Origin: Mobula hypostoma
Lineage: Eukaryota
NCBI RefSeq assembly: GCF_963921235.1
Contig: NC_086109.1
Location: 13,580,001-13,644,000 of the forward strand
Reading direction: 5' to 3'
DNA: 64,000 nucleotides
A program made the translations under genes and the position numbers. Below the pieces are notes generated by a model. That model was not told the DNA's origin. It ran no database searches and was given only the letters and a program-made list of their open reading frames with translations. Shown piece after piece: positions 26,604 to 38,765 of the stretch (its first letter is position 1; every line of letters starts with the position of its first letter).

Positions 26604-27759
26604 TTCTCTGCCTTCCTCTCAGTTCCCAAAGTCACGCCAGTTGTTTGGTCGATTGCCCACTGCAAATTGTCACTAGTATCGACGGATGAGGGAGAATCAG
26701 GCTGGCGTTGATGGGCAGAAGGGCTTAAAAGGAGGCTGCAGATGCAGGAATCTGGAGCAACAAACAATCAAGATTCAAGATTGTTCATGGTCATTCGTCA
26801 GTACAAGAGAGTATGGGAGTACAAAGTGATTGTTACTCCTGACGTGATGTAGCATAAAAAATATAAAAAGCATTCTTATAAAACACAATGTACAAGTAAC
26901 TCAGGTGTGGCCATATATACTTAAGAGTAGCTTAGATACTGTACATAAACTGATTTACATACTATACGTAAAGTATCTGAAACGGGGGTGACTGACAGGA
27001 AATGTTAAAGTGACAAAGAGGTCTTGGCAAGAGGAATTCTTCTAGGCAGCCACAAGGCACATGAAAACACAGTAGGACAGTGTCAGTGTGGGTTGAGGTG
27101 CGGAGTGTGGATGTTATGTGACAGCACATGGGAGATGAAGTATGTTGAAAGGGTCCCTTCCTCCCCCAGCAGGCTGAGCTGCATTGCTGGGGGAAAGGAA
27201 TTGTCAACGGGACGATAGAAGCATGGCATCGGGACCGAGAGTGGGTGGAGAGGAGACAGCCAGGGGTGGATGGGAGTGGGGGAGGTGGTGAAGGAAGATG
27301 GGTTGTGCAGGGTGGGGTGAGGGGACGATGGAGGGGCAGGTGAATGAGAGGTGGAGGCAGGCCAAGAGAAAAAGGAGGAAAAATGAGAGCAGATGGACAA
27401 GATGGGAGGAGGAGAGTGTGGGGGCAGAGACAGCTGCAGGAAGGAGATAAGCAGGAACACAGAGCACTTTCAGTGTAGAATAAGATCAGTAAAGGAGGCG
27501 GTCATGGGAACCACTGGAGGGGAGCAGAACGTCAGATAAAATCAGAAGTCGGTGAGAGGTTGCTGTGGGCGAACTTCGTGGGTGTGCTGTCGGTGGATGG
27601 GAACAGGAGGGGTGGGGGAAGAAGATGGACAATGGCGGGGAGGGGTGTACTAGATCAGTTGTGGGAATGGAGATAAAATGAGAGGACCAGAGCAGGATCA
27701 GAATGAGAGTGAGAAAGAGCTGGTGGGGGTGGGGGGTGGGAATAACAGGGAAATAGGAG

Positions 27760-28305
27760 AAGTGAGTTATTTAAAAATGAATAACACAGCATTCATGTTA
27801 TGGAGCTATTAACTAGCCAAGCAGAATATGAGCTGTTATTTTCCTAGAATGTGCTTGGTCTCTCGCAGTGGAGGCATGAGGCTGACAGAAACGAACTGAG
27901 AGATGTGATTTACGAAGGGAATCTTCCTTCCAGAACAGAGTTTGCATCATTCTGAGCAACTGGAGGCGTCACAGTTAAGGTGGCGGGAAGATGGGGTGAG
28001 CGCAGATGTGCGGGAAATGGAGGAGACACATGTGAGGGCAGCATCAACAGTAGAAGGAGGGAAACCCTGCTCCTTAAAGAAGAAGGACACCTCTGATGTC
28101 CTGGAAAGGGAAACCACTTCCTGGGAACAGGTGCAGCGGAGGCTAAGAAACTGAGAAAAAGGAGTAGCATTATTACAGGAGAGGGGGTAGGAAGAGGAGT
28201 AGTTGAGGTAACTGCGAGAATCAATCGGTTTATAAAAGATGTCGGCTTACAGAGATGGAGACAGCGAGGACAAGAAAGGGAGGTGTCAGAGATGGGCCAA
28301 GTAAG
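27760..28305 (-). mobile_element. Degraded Penelope ORF/pLTR fragment
   Basis: Reverse complement resembles 10800-11030 (QFLSLRCTCSQE..MSFFFKEQGFP); purine-rich pLTR-like sequence lies to its left (27230-27760). Confidence 0.6.
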
Positions 28306-28549
28306 TTAAGGGAATCTTAATTCTCCGTAGTATCCAGGACATCTTGAAGGAGCGATGCCTCAGAAAGGTGGCATCCATCATTAAGGAACCCCACCCCCCA
28401 CCCCCCCAACCCAGGACATGCCCTCCTCTCATTGCTACCGTCAGGAAGGAGATACAGAAGCCTGAAGGCACACACTCAGTGATTCAGGAACAGCTTCTTC
28501 CCCTCCGCCTTCCAATTTGAACCTATGAACATTACCTGACTGCTTTTTT

Positions 28550-29155
28550 ATTTCAAGCAACACACATCAAAGTTGCTGGCGAACGCAACAGGCCAGGCAG
28601 CGTCTCTAGGAACAGGTGCAGTCGACGTTTCAGGCCGAGACCCTTCGTCAGGACTAACTGAAGGAAGAGTTAGTAAGAGATTTGAAAGTGGGAGGGGGAG
28701 GGGGAGATCCAAAATGATAGGAGAAGACAGGAGGGGGAGGGATGGAGCCAAGAGCTGGACAGGTGATAGGCAAAAGGGATACGAGAGGATCATGGGACAG
28801 GAGGCCCAGGGAGAAAGACGGGGGTGGGGGGGGGGAAACCCAGAGGATGGGCAAGGGGTATATTCAGAGGGACAGAGGGAGAAAAAGGAGAGTGAGAAAA
28901 AGAATGTGTGTATAAAAATAAATAACGGATGGGGTACGAGGGGAAGGTGGGGCATTAGCGGAAGTTAGAGAAGTCGATGTTCATGCCATCAGGTTGGAGG
29001 CTACCCAGACGGAATATAAGGTGTTGTTCCTCCAACCTGAGTGTGGCTTCATCTTTACAGTAGAGGAGGCCGTGGATAGACGTGTCAGAATGGGAATGGG
29101 ATGTGGAATTAAAATGTGTGGCCACTGGGAGATCCTGCTTTCTCTGGCGGACAGA
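28550..29155 (-). mobile_element. Penelope 3' end plus pLTR
   Basis: Inverted near-copy of 26078-26603; includes PVATHFNSTSHSHSD and RLEEQHL coding remnant. Confidence 0.88.
28620..28655 (-). ncRNA. Minimal type I hammerhead ribozyme (Penelope type)
   Basis: Reverse complement AGTC-CTGACGA-AGGGTCTCGGCCT-GAAACGTC/GACT; core intact. Confidence 0.82.
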
Positions 29156-29639
29156 TCTTTTTGCACTACTTAATTAATTTAACTATTTAATACACGTATA
29201 TATACTTACTGTAATTCTATAATTCTAATGTCTCTATATTTATGATTTATTGTACTGCTACCGCAAGATTAACAAATTTCATGACATATGCAGGCGATAT
29301 TAAATCTGATTCTGACTTACATCATGTGCTATTTCAAGGACAGGAAGTATCGGCTTGGACATCATATCACTACAGGAAGAATAGACAGTTCCACTGTTGC
29401 TCTGGATTTCCAGCACCTGCAGAATCTCTTGATTTATTGTTACATGGTAATCTTTTTTTTTAATAAATGAGCCTCTAGGGAGAAGTAATCAAGGAGCGGC
29501 AGTACTTAAAATGTAAAATGAAATATACTTCATGAATGCACAAAAAACCAACAGGAGATGAGTGACAGAGAATACTCAAGATATTATTAAATCAAGCAAG
29601 AGGCTGATAAAGTTGCTAGAAACAGCAGTTCAGCTGAGG

Positions 29640-30640
29640 AGCACACACAAAATGCTGGAGGAACTCAGCAGATCAGGCAGTATCTATGAAAAATAATAAA
29701 GAATCAACATTTCAGACCAAGGCCCTTCATCAGGACTGGAAAAGAAGGGGAAAGATGCCAGAATACAATTCTCCGCGGGGGAGAAGGAGGACAAATTGGA
29801 AGGTGATAGGTGAAGCCAGGTGGGAGGAAAAGGTTATGGGCTGGTGAAGAAGGAATCTGATAGGAGAGAGGAGTGGGCCATGGGAGAATGAGAAGAAGGA
29901 GGGGCAATGGGGGGGGTGTGATAGGCAGCGTAGAAGAGGTGGGAAATAGAAGAAAAGGGAGCGGGAAGGCCTCCAAGAGGACCACAAATCTGTCATGGTC
30001 CGGAGGCTTATGTGCCTCAGTGAGCCGAAGAGCTACGGTGGCTGGAGCCAGGGTTTTACGCTTTGGCTCATAGTAGCATCACCCATGCCAAACAGATCAG
30101 AGGGTAGAGGCCAGACAAAAAGTGGTTCACTAGTCCTCCAGGTTCAGAGGTTCAGCTCAAGGCTACCAACTCTGACTGGTCATATAAAATTATTACATTT
30201 TGCAAACAGCAATGAAACATCCCTCTACATCTGAGTGGCCAAGGTTCGGCAGAGATGGAGACCTTCATTACTGCCCTAAACAGCAGTGGGCGTAGCAAGC
30301 AGAAAGTAAGAGGGGAGAAGGGGGAAAGAAAAAAAGAGAGAAAAAAATTACCAAAAGGAGACATTGATGTTCATGCCATCAGGTTGAAGGCTACTTAGAT
30401 GGAATCTGAGGTGTTGATCCTTCATTCTGAGGATGGCATCATCATGGCGGAAGGGGCAGCCATGGACTGACATGTCAGAATAGGAATGGGGATAGGAACT
30501 AAAATGTTGGCCACCAAAAATTCCACTTCTGGCAGACGGAGGGGAGGTGCCCAACAAAACAGTTCTCCAATTTACGTCACGTCTGACCATTGTAGAGAAA
30601 GCCACATTGGGAGAACCAGATACAAAGATGCCCCAGCGGA
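29640..30640 (-). mobile_element. Older Penelope pLTR/endonuclease fragments with an intervening insertion
   Basis: pLTR start gcacacacaaaatgctggaggaactcagc; hammerhead-like CTGATGA..GAAATGTT on minus strand at ~29703-29737; ORF 30348..30605 HSYSDMSVHG..LQPDGMN. Confidence 0.6.
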
Positions 30641-31463
30641 TTAACTGAGTTTAACTCAGTTTATCTGAGGGTTGGGTGCATTTAAGGCTCAGACTGCTTC
30701 CAGTGGTGGGAGCCCAGGACCAGATGCCACAACCTGAGACTAAAAGAGTGATCCTTTAGAATAAAGATAAGGAGGAATTTCTTCAGAGTGTGATAATACT
30801 GTGGAATTCATTGCTGCAAACAGCTGTGGAGGCCCTATCACTGAGTATATTTAAAATAGGTTTTGATAGGTTCTTTGTTATGGAGAGATGGCAGGAAAAT
30901 GGGGTTGAGAGGGGAAAAATAAATGACCACAAATGAACGGGGACTCAGACTCGATGGGCTAAATGGCCTTACTCCGCTCTGATGTCTTATGGTCAGAAAT
31001 GAAGAATAAAGAAATTGAAGGAGTATGAGAGTAAACTGGCATAGAATATAAAAATGGACTGGAACAGGTGTGTAAGAATGAAGTTATAGATCTAGGAGAA
31101 TTTATTTCAAGGATTAAGAAAAGAACAGAGGAGTTAAAGAACAAATTAATGTCAGCCTCCAAGGCAGAAGCCAAAAAAAATAAACAGAAATACCAGAGAA
31201 CCAAGAGTCCAGTGGGAACAAGGAACGGAAAGAGACGGGGAGGCACAGTATCACTGGGGTTAGCACAACACTTTTATAATGTCAGCTGTATAAGATCAGG
31301 GTTCAATTCCCACCGCTGCCTGAAAGCAGTTTGTATGTTCTCCCCATGACTGCGTAGGCTTCCTCCAAGTACTCCGGTTTCCTCTCGGACTCCAAAGATA
31401 TATGGTTTGACTCAGCTCAATCCTCGCTGATTTGATTTGATGCTAAATGGAGCATTTCAGTGT

Positions 31464-32250
31464 ACACTCAGTGCCCCTATTATCAGGTGCCCCCAGAACC
31501 TGATAAAATATCCACTGAGTGAGTGTTGGTGGTACTTTGTCGCTGTAGTGAATCCACTTCAAGGTTTGACACGTTGTGATTCGGAGATGCTCTTCTCCGC
31601 ACCACTGTTGTAACCCATGGTCATTTGAGTTACCTGTCTGCTGGAACCATTCTGCTCTAATCTCTTCCATTAACAGGCAATTCCCCCCACGGAACTGCCA
31701 CTCACTCGATGTTTTTTTTTGTTTTCACGCCATTCTCTGTAAACTCCAGAGGCTGTTGTGCATGAAAACCCCACTAGATCCGCAGTTTCTGAGATACTAA
31801 ACCACCCGCCCAGCACCAATAATATTACACAGTCAAGGTCACCTAGGTCACATTTCTTTCTCCCATTCTGATGTTTGGTCTGAACAACAACTGAACTTTT
31901 GACTATGCCTGCATTCTTCTATAGTTTGAATTGCTGCCACATATTGGCTAAGAACCAAAGGCCACAGTTTAAAAATAAGGGGTAGACCATTTAGAACGGA
32001 GTTGAGGAAAAACTTTTTCACCCAGAGAGTGGTGGATATATGGAATGCCCTGCCCCAGAAGGCTGTGGAGACCAAGTCTCTGGATGCTTTCAAGAAAGAG
32101 ATGGATAGAGCTCTTAAAGATAGTGGAATCAAAGGTAATGAGGATAAGGCAGGAACTGGATACTGATAGTGGATGATCAGCCATGATCACAGTGAATGGC
32201 GGTTTGAATTAATGAGAAGGTGTACAAGTGTACCTAATAAAATGGCTACT
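31464..32250 (-). mobile_element. Tc1-like relic with a nested CR1 3' fragment (~31950-32202, plus)
   Basis: TIR-like cactcagtgcccctattatcaggt and tacctaataaaatggctact; nested RTKGHSL..FFTQRVVDIWNALP. Confidence 0.7.
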
Positions 32251-32951
32251 GCTTTGTTGAACATGTAACAAATAAAGCCAATCTTAAATAGCCAAAAAAA
32301 GGTACTGGAGGGTATGGTAATCTATCAGGTGATAAACATTTGCATCCATTGACTATGGAATAAGTGAACAAATCCCAATTCCAAAATCATTATGAAAGGA
32401 GGAAAAGGAATTGTTTATATATTGGTCCAATCTCATTTGAGTAAAAGTTTTGTATTTGATAAGGAAGGATACGAGAGTGGAATATTTTGAAAATAAAAAT
32501 AGGCCCAGCATGATTTCATGGAAAGTGTTGTAACCTTGAATGAACCACACAGGGACTGCAGTTGGAAACGTATAATGGGTTTGTTCAGCCCAAATTCCAT
32601 CCAGATGTTTCATCTGAACAGGACATGCCTTTTATTGGCATGGTAGAGCTGAGGGAGGAAAGTCAAGTGCCAAAAGTGATTTAAAGTCTCCCATTCATGT
32701 GTGTTAAACAACTTTTATTTCTACCCCAATAAATTATTCTTCCAAAATTTATGTTGGTAGCAGAGATTTAAAGAACTTACCAGTTAGTGTCAACCTTGCA
32801 AATAGAAGTTGCCTGAGGAGATTTGGTTTGCCAGAATCAGAAGCAGGTTTATCACCGGCATATAGCACGAAATTTAACTTCATGGCAGCAATACAATACA
32901 ATACAATACATGATAAATAAATATAGAGAAAAAACTGAGTTTCATTAAGTG

Positions 32952-32982
<31 letters not shown>

Positions 32983-33204
32983 ATAAGAGTAGTGAGGTAG
33001 TGTTCACGGGTTCAATGTCCATTTAGAAATCTGGTGGCAGAGAAGAAGAGGAGACCAAGCTGTTCATGAATCACTGAGAGTGTGCCTTCAATCTTCTGTA
33101 CCTCCTTCCCGATGGTGACAGTGTGAAGAGGGCATGTCCTGGCTGGAGGGGGTCCTTCATGATGGACATTGCCTTTCTGAGGCACCGCTACTTGGAGATG
33201 CCTT

Positions 33205-33650
33205 GGATACTGCCTGGTTTAGAGAGTATGCATTATGATCAGAGATTAAGGGAGCTAGGGCTTTACTCTCTGGAGAGAAGGAGGATGAGAGGAGACATGA
33301 TAGAGGTGTACAAGATAATAAGAGGAATAGATAGAGTGGATAGCCAGTGCCTCTTCCCCAGGGCACCACTGCTCAATACAAGAGGACATGGTTTTAAGGT
33401 AAGGGGTGGGAAGTTCAAGGGGGATATTAGAGGAAGTTTTTTTACTCAGAGAGTGGTTCGTGTGTGGAATGCACTACCTGAGTCAGTGGTGGAGGCAGAT
33501 ACACTAGTGAAATTTAAGAGACTACTAGACAGGTATATGGAGGAATTTAAGGTGGGGGCTTGTATGGGAGGCAGGGTTTGAGGGTCGGCACAACATTGTG
33601 GGCCGAAGGGCCTGTACTGTGCTGTACTATTCTATGTTCTATGTTCTATA
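33205..33650 (+). mobile_element. CR1 3' fragment with (TTCTATG)n tail
   Basis: ORF 33123..33581 RLRELGLYSLERRRMRGDMIEVYK..TRGHG..FFTQRVVRVWNALP. Confidence 0.9.
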
Positions 33651-34481
33651 CTACAGAGGCTGGTACCCATGATGGAGCTAATTAATTTTACAAGTTTCTG
33701 CAACTTATTTTGATCCTGTGCAGTAGCGTTACCACCTCCCCCCAACATACCATTCAGTGATTCAGTCAGAATGCTCTCTGTGATACATTTTTTGAAGTTT
33801 TCGCCTGTTTCAGTTGACAAACCAAATCTCCTCAACTTCTAATGAAGTAGAGCCGCCCCCTTGCTTTTATAGCTACATCAATATGTTACATCCAGGTTAG
33901 GTCCTCAGAGATATTGATACCGTAGATGCTCACAAATTTCTACAGATGTACCATGGAGAGCATTTTAACTGGTTGCATCACCATCTAGTTTGGAGAGGGC
34001 CACAACACAGGATTGGAAAAAGCTGTGGAAAGTTGTAAACTCAGCCAGGTCCATCAAGGGAACTAGTCTCCCCAGCATCCAGGATATCTTCAAAAGGCAA
34101 TGCCTCAATAAAGCATCATCCATCGTTAAGGACCCCCATCACTCATGACATGCCCTCTTCTCAAAGCTACCTTGAAAGAGGATGCACAGGAGCCTGACGA
34201 TGCACACTCAATGTTTTAAGAACAGTTTCTTCTCCTCCACCATCGGATTTCTGAATGGACAATGAACCCATGTAAACTACCTCAGTATTTTTTTCTTCTC
34301 TTTTTGTATTGCTTATTTAGTATAATTTTTATATATATGTTTATTATAATTTATATTTTTTATTATTATGTATTGTAGTGCACTGCTGCTTCAAAACAAC
34401 AAATTTCATGACATATGCCAGTGATATTCAACCTAATTCTGATTCTAATTGCCCAAGGACCTCATAGCAGTCGCTATAAAT

Positions 34482-35176
34482 TTAGATTAGATTTGATTAG
34501 ATTATGAGGACACTCAGTCGTCGTTTATTGTCATTTAGAAACGCATGCACGCATTAAGAAATGATACAATGTTCCTCCAGAGTGATATCACAAAAAAAAC
34601 AGGCCAAACCAAAGACTAACTCTGACAAGACCACATAATTATAACATATAGTTACAGCAGTGCAAAACAATACCATCATTTGATAAAGAGCAGACCGTGA
34701 GAATGGTAAAAAAAAAGTCTCAAAGTTCCGATCGACTGCCGATAGTCCCGATTGCAGGCGGCAGAAGGGAGAAACTCTCTCTGCCATAAACCTCCAGGCA
34801 CCGACAATTGTTGATGCATTGGAAGCACCCGACTACAGCCGATACTGAGTCCGTCCGAAAACTTCGAGCCTCCAACCAGCCCTTTGACACCAAGCACCGA
34901 GCACCATCTCTGCCAAGAGCTTCGACTCCGTCCCCGCCACCGAGCAACAAGCAAAGCCGAGGACTCGGGGCCTTCCCCTCCGGAGATTCAGGATCACACA
35001 GTAACAGCGGCAGTGAAAAAGGCATTTCAGAAGTTTCTCCAGATGTTCCTCCATTCTCTCACATCTGTCTCCATCAAATCAGGATTGTGCACAGCACCCT
35101 GCTTGACAGATTACAGATATCATTCACCGGAGTGGGCACGCAAGCAGTGAGGTGCGCCGTCGTCTTCTCCTCCTCC
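34482..35176 (-). mobile_element. Non-autonomous retroposon, copy A (GGAGGAGGAGAAGA start, (AATCT)n tail)
   Basis: Colinear with copies at 44384, 47023 and 59686; no LINE protein motifs recognised. Confidence 0.75.
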
Positions 35177-36199
35177 TTAAGAAGGCATTACTGAAGACAA
35201 GCGACAACCTGCTGGCAGTTCCTAAACCAATAAATACAACGAAATACTTCATTAATAACACTTTTCTGTAACCATTATGGTAAACATTCACCGCAATCAA
35301 TGAAGAGGCAAGAGAAGGAGAGACTGACTTGAGGGTAGAGGTGTGCAGGTGTGATACAAGTTCAGAGCTAGGTCAGGGCATGTTCAAGGAGAAGTGCTCG
35401 GAGTGAGGTTGAGACATGGTCGAGGTGGAGTTGGGCCTTTCGAAGTGGAGAAAAGCCAGAGCGGAGGAGTTTCAGAACCCATCCATCTAAACCAAGAGTG
35501 AGGTCTGATCGATCGAAGTGCCAGGCCGACTTGGAAAGCTCAGGTTCAGACTGGAACATGGTGACAGGGTCTGGGCCCAGAGAGTATTGATGCGACAGGC
35601 CGCAGGGTTGAGCAAGGGTTGACCCGATGTTTGGACGATTTAAACACTGGGCTGAATGCACTGGAAAAACAGGGTGTCGGGAGTGGTTCTGCGTAGGTCA
35701 CGGATAGGGCTAGTTCTGTTCACTGCCCGCAGCATTTGCTTCACTCTTCACTGCAGTAAGGCTGAGGCTCTGGGCCTGCTCCCGTTGCTCTGGGCTTTGT
35801 GTCTGCAAACGCCACGATGTTTTGCTCCACTGTGTGGTGAACTGAAGCTGAGGCTGTGGGCCTGCTCCAGTCGCTCTGGGCTTCGTGTCTATGGACTCCC
35901 TTTTGCTCTGAATGCTGTTGCCTCCTTTTGTTGTTTGCATGATTTGTGTTTTCTCTCTCTCTCTCTCTCTCTGCACTGGGTGTTTTTTTGGTTCTTTTTT
36001 TAATGCGTTCCTTAGGGTTTCTTCTTTTGTGGTTACCTGTAAGGAGACAAATATCAAGGGCTTATAATGTACGCATACTTTGATAATAATTGTACTTGGC
36101 CCTTTGAAAAGAAAAGACAGGGAGGAAAAGTTGGCTAGCTGCCCTGTGTTGAGATGCAGGAAGTATTAAACAGATGTAACCATGATTCATTATAGATAC

Positions 36200-37600
36200 A
36201 ATAAGTAGATATGAAGCCATCACTCATTCAAGAATCATCCTTCACCCACAATCCATTCAATACTAAGTTGTGATGCTCCTGTTTTCCATGACATAAAACT
36301 GTAATCCTATCTTCCAGAGGATCTTCGGACCTTGACAATCCTCCAACACCAACATCAGTCACACCCAATGACTGCAACTGCTCCCTCTGGCACCCTCTCC
36401 TCTCCATCTGCTTCTCAGCTCAAAGGCATTCATTCTTTGCCCAATGATAATTCCTTCAGCCATAATCATCTGACAGTCTCGAAAAGGAGCTTAGGTTGCT
36501 ATTGATTCTTCTCAACCAACTGAGTCGGCAATTAAAGGCACAACTTCACCAATAGTTTGATTAAGTAACTTTATTTAACCCTTAATCAAAAGAACAAAGA
36601 AAGTAGTAACTCTAGTAATTTTGTTTAACTCGTAACTACAGCTCAAATTCTAATCCAACTCAGCTAAAAGAACAAAACTCAGACTTTTCTGATTCTTCAC
36701 TAATAAATCAATTCACAGTAACAATTGTCAGCAATTAACAATTAGCAGCGCTGTTTGTAGACTCTGAACCAGTCAGTCTCTAGCCACCAGGGAACCCCAA
36801 CACTTCGAAGAGACTTGAAGGGGCATCAAGATAGTCTGGCACTGGTCGTGATCCAGCCCATGGAGAAACTCCTAAAATTCCTTGAAACAACCTCATTCTC
36901 CCCTTTGTCTCCCCTACAAGTGAATATCAACTCCACATCAGAACTCTAATGCACAATTTACTGGAAACTACCGCATGATTTCTTGCAAATGCCCTCAGAC
37001 GGGCCTAACTGCATAACGAAAGCCTAAAACTCTCTTGTCAACTTCTTCAGCCATTTTATAGCTATTGCAACAGGGAAATCATTAATTCTGTTTCACCTTC
37101 CTGTACTGACACAGAGACTGCCCTCAATAAATCTCAGTGTCTAATGACTTGTAAAATCCAAGTTGGTTGACATGTTCAGTCATTGTGTTCTTTCCTTCTG
37201 TCATTAACCTCTACCCACAGCAACACAATTTGGTCAGATTCACTGTAGCAGAACAATTCTGGCTCAGATCATTAGAGGTGCAGGATTTTACTGCCTGGCA
37301 AGTTCAAACTACATACCGAAGAATTTAAGTTAATCTAAGCAGTAAATGTATCAGATCAATACTCCTTATAGCAAGTTAAGAACGAAGAATATAAAGCTTT
37401 GTGCTGTGATTTTCTTGTTATTTTCTTATGAATAGATTTTATTTTCAGAATAAAAAAATGAACTCATACCCAGTTCCAGATCTGTTCCCATCTCCAACAT
37501 TCCATTCCCTTGCTTCAGATGTTTGCAATGCTTTTTTAACAATTTTTGTTATAACTTTGCCTAACAACATTCAAGGGCTATCTGTTGGGCTATAGAGAGG
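36200..37600 (+). pseudogene. Possible decayed viral class I fusion (env/F-like) sequence
   Basis: Stop-ridden frame with LILPFVSPTSEYQLH, a Cys cluster LSCQLLQPFYSYCNREIINSVSPSCTDTETALNKSQC, an upstream SKR-SLG basic site and a downstream hydrophobic stretch; pattern recognition only. Confidence 0.3.
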
Positions 37601-38765
37601 CAGATTGCAAGGGAAACCAACATTTGAGGATGAAACTATTTGTCTGTGGACAGGAAGCTAATGGTTCTAAATCCCAAGTCAAGAATAATTCCAACTCACT
37701 GACACTGGTTGCGATCCAGCCCATGGAGAAACTCCTAAAATTCCTTGAAACAACCTTATTCTCCTCTTTGTCTCCCCTAAAAATGAATATCAACTTTAAT
37801 CTTTCATCCTATTTCCTAAGACATTGTGTATTTCCACAAAATGGCTGTCCTGTCAGTTGCAGAACATTTCAAACTCATGACAAATTGGGACAGTTCCAAA
37901 TATGACCACACTTGAGGGAAAAAATGACTGAAACTATTAATAATTATTACCCTACAAGCATCAGGCTCCTGAACCGATGTGGATAACTTTGCTCACCTCA
38001 ACTCTAAACTGATTCCACAACCTATGGACCCTCCTTCAAGAACTCTGCAACTCATGATCTCAGTATTATTCTTAATGTACTGTATATATTTTTATCTGCA
38101 CAATTTATCTTCTTTAGTATATGGGTTGTTTGCCTTATTTATGTATGTTTCTTTCACAAATTCTATTATATTCCTTTATTTCCCTAAAAATGCCTGAAAG
38201 AAAATGAATCTCTTTTTTTTTAAATTTTATTTTTATTTGGATAAGGAATTCACAATTATCATGTACTTTTTTCACACATATAACCTTTTCCATTTTTTTA
38301 TATGTATAAAACTACAATTATTTATACATTCTTAAGTACACATTGAGATGATATAAAAGGAAAATAAACATTTAAATAGATAATTATGTACTGTGGTAAA
38401 TCTAACCTATTAGGCTAAGTAATGAAATTAGTTGTTAAGAAAAATGGTAATAATAGTTTCCATACAACCCTTCTGGACCATTTCCACTGGTCCAAAATGT
38501 TGCATACAAGCCTATATACCAACCATTGTAGGTGTTTATATCCCAATTTGTTCGTGCTTGTTCCTGCCCGCAGACGTAATTATCCAATCCCTATGTACTT
38601 ATTTACTTAATTTTTTTCATTTTTTTTTATCCCTTTCCCAAATCTTTCCCTTTACTTGTGTTAATTCTCTATTTTCCAAAAAAAAAACAAACATTTAGAC
38701 TAGGGGTGCTTACGTTAGCAATATTACTGTGTTGATGAGAAGAGCAATATAAATCATTAGGAGAG

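Noticed and set aside
31068..31349. Lys-rich coiled-coil ORF
   Set aside because: Degraded CR1 linker region running into a V-SINE.
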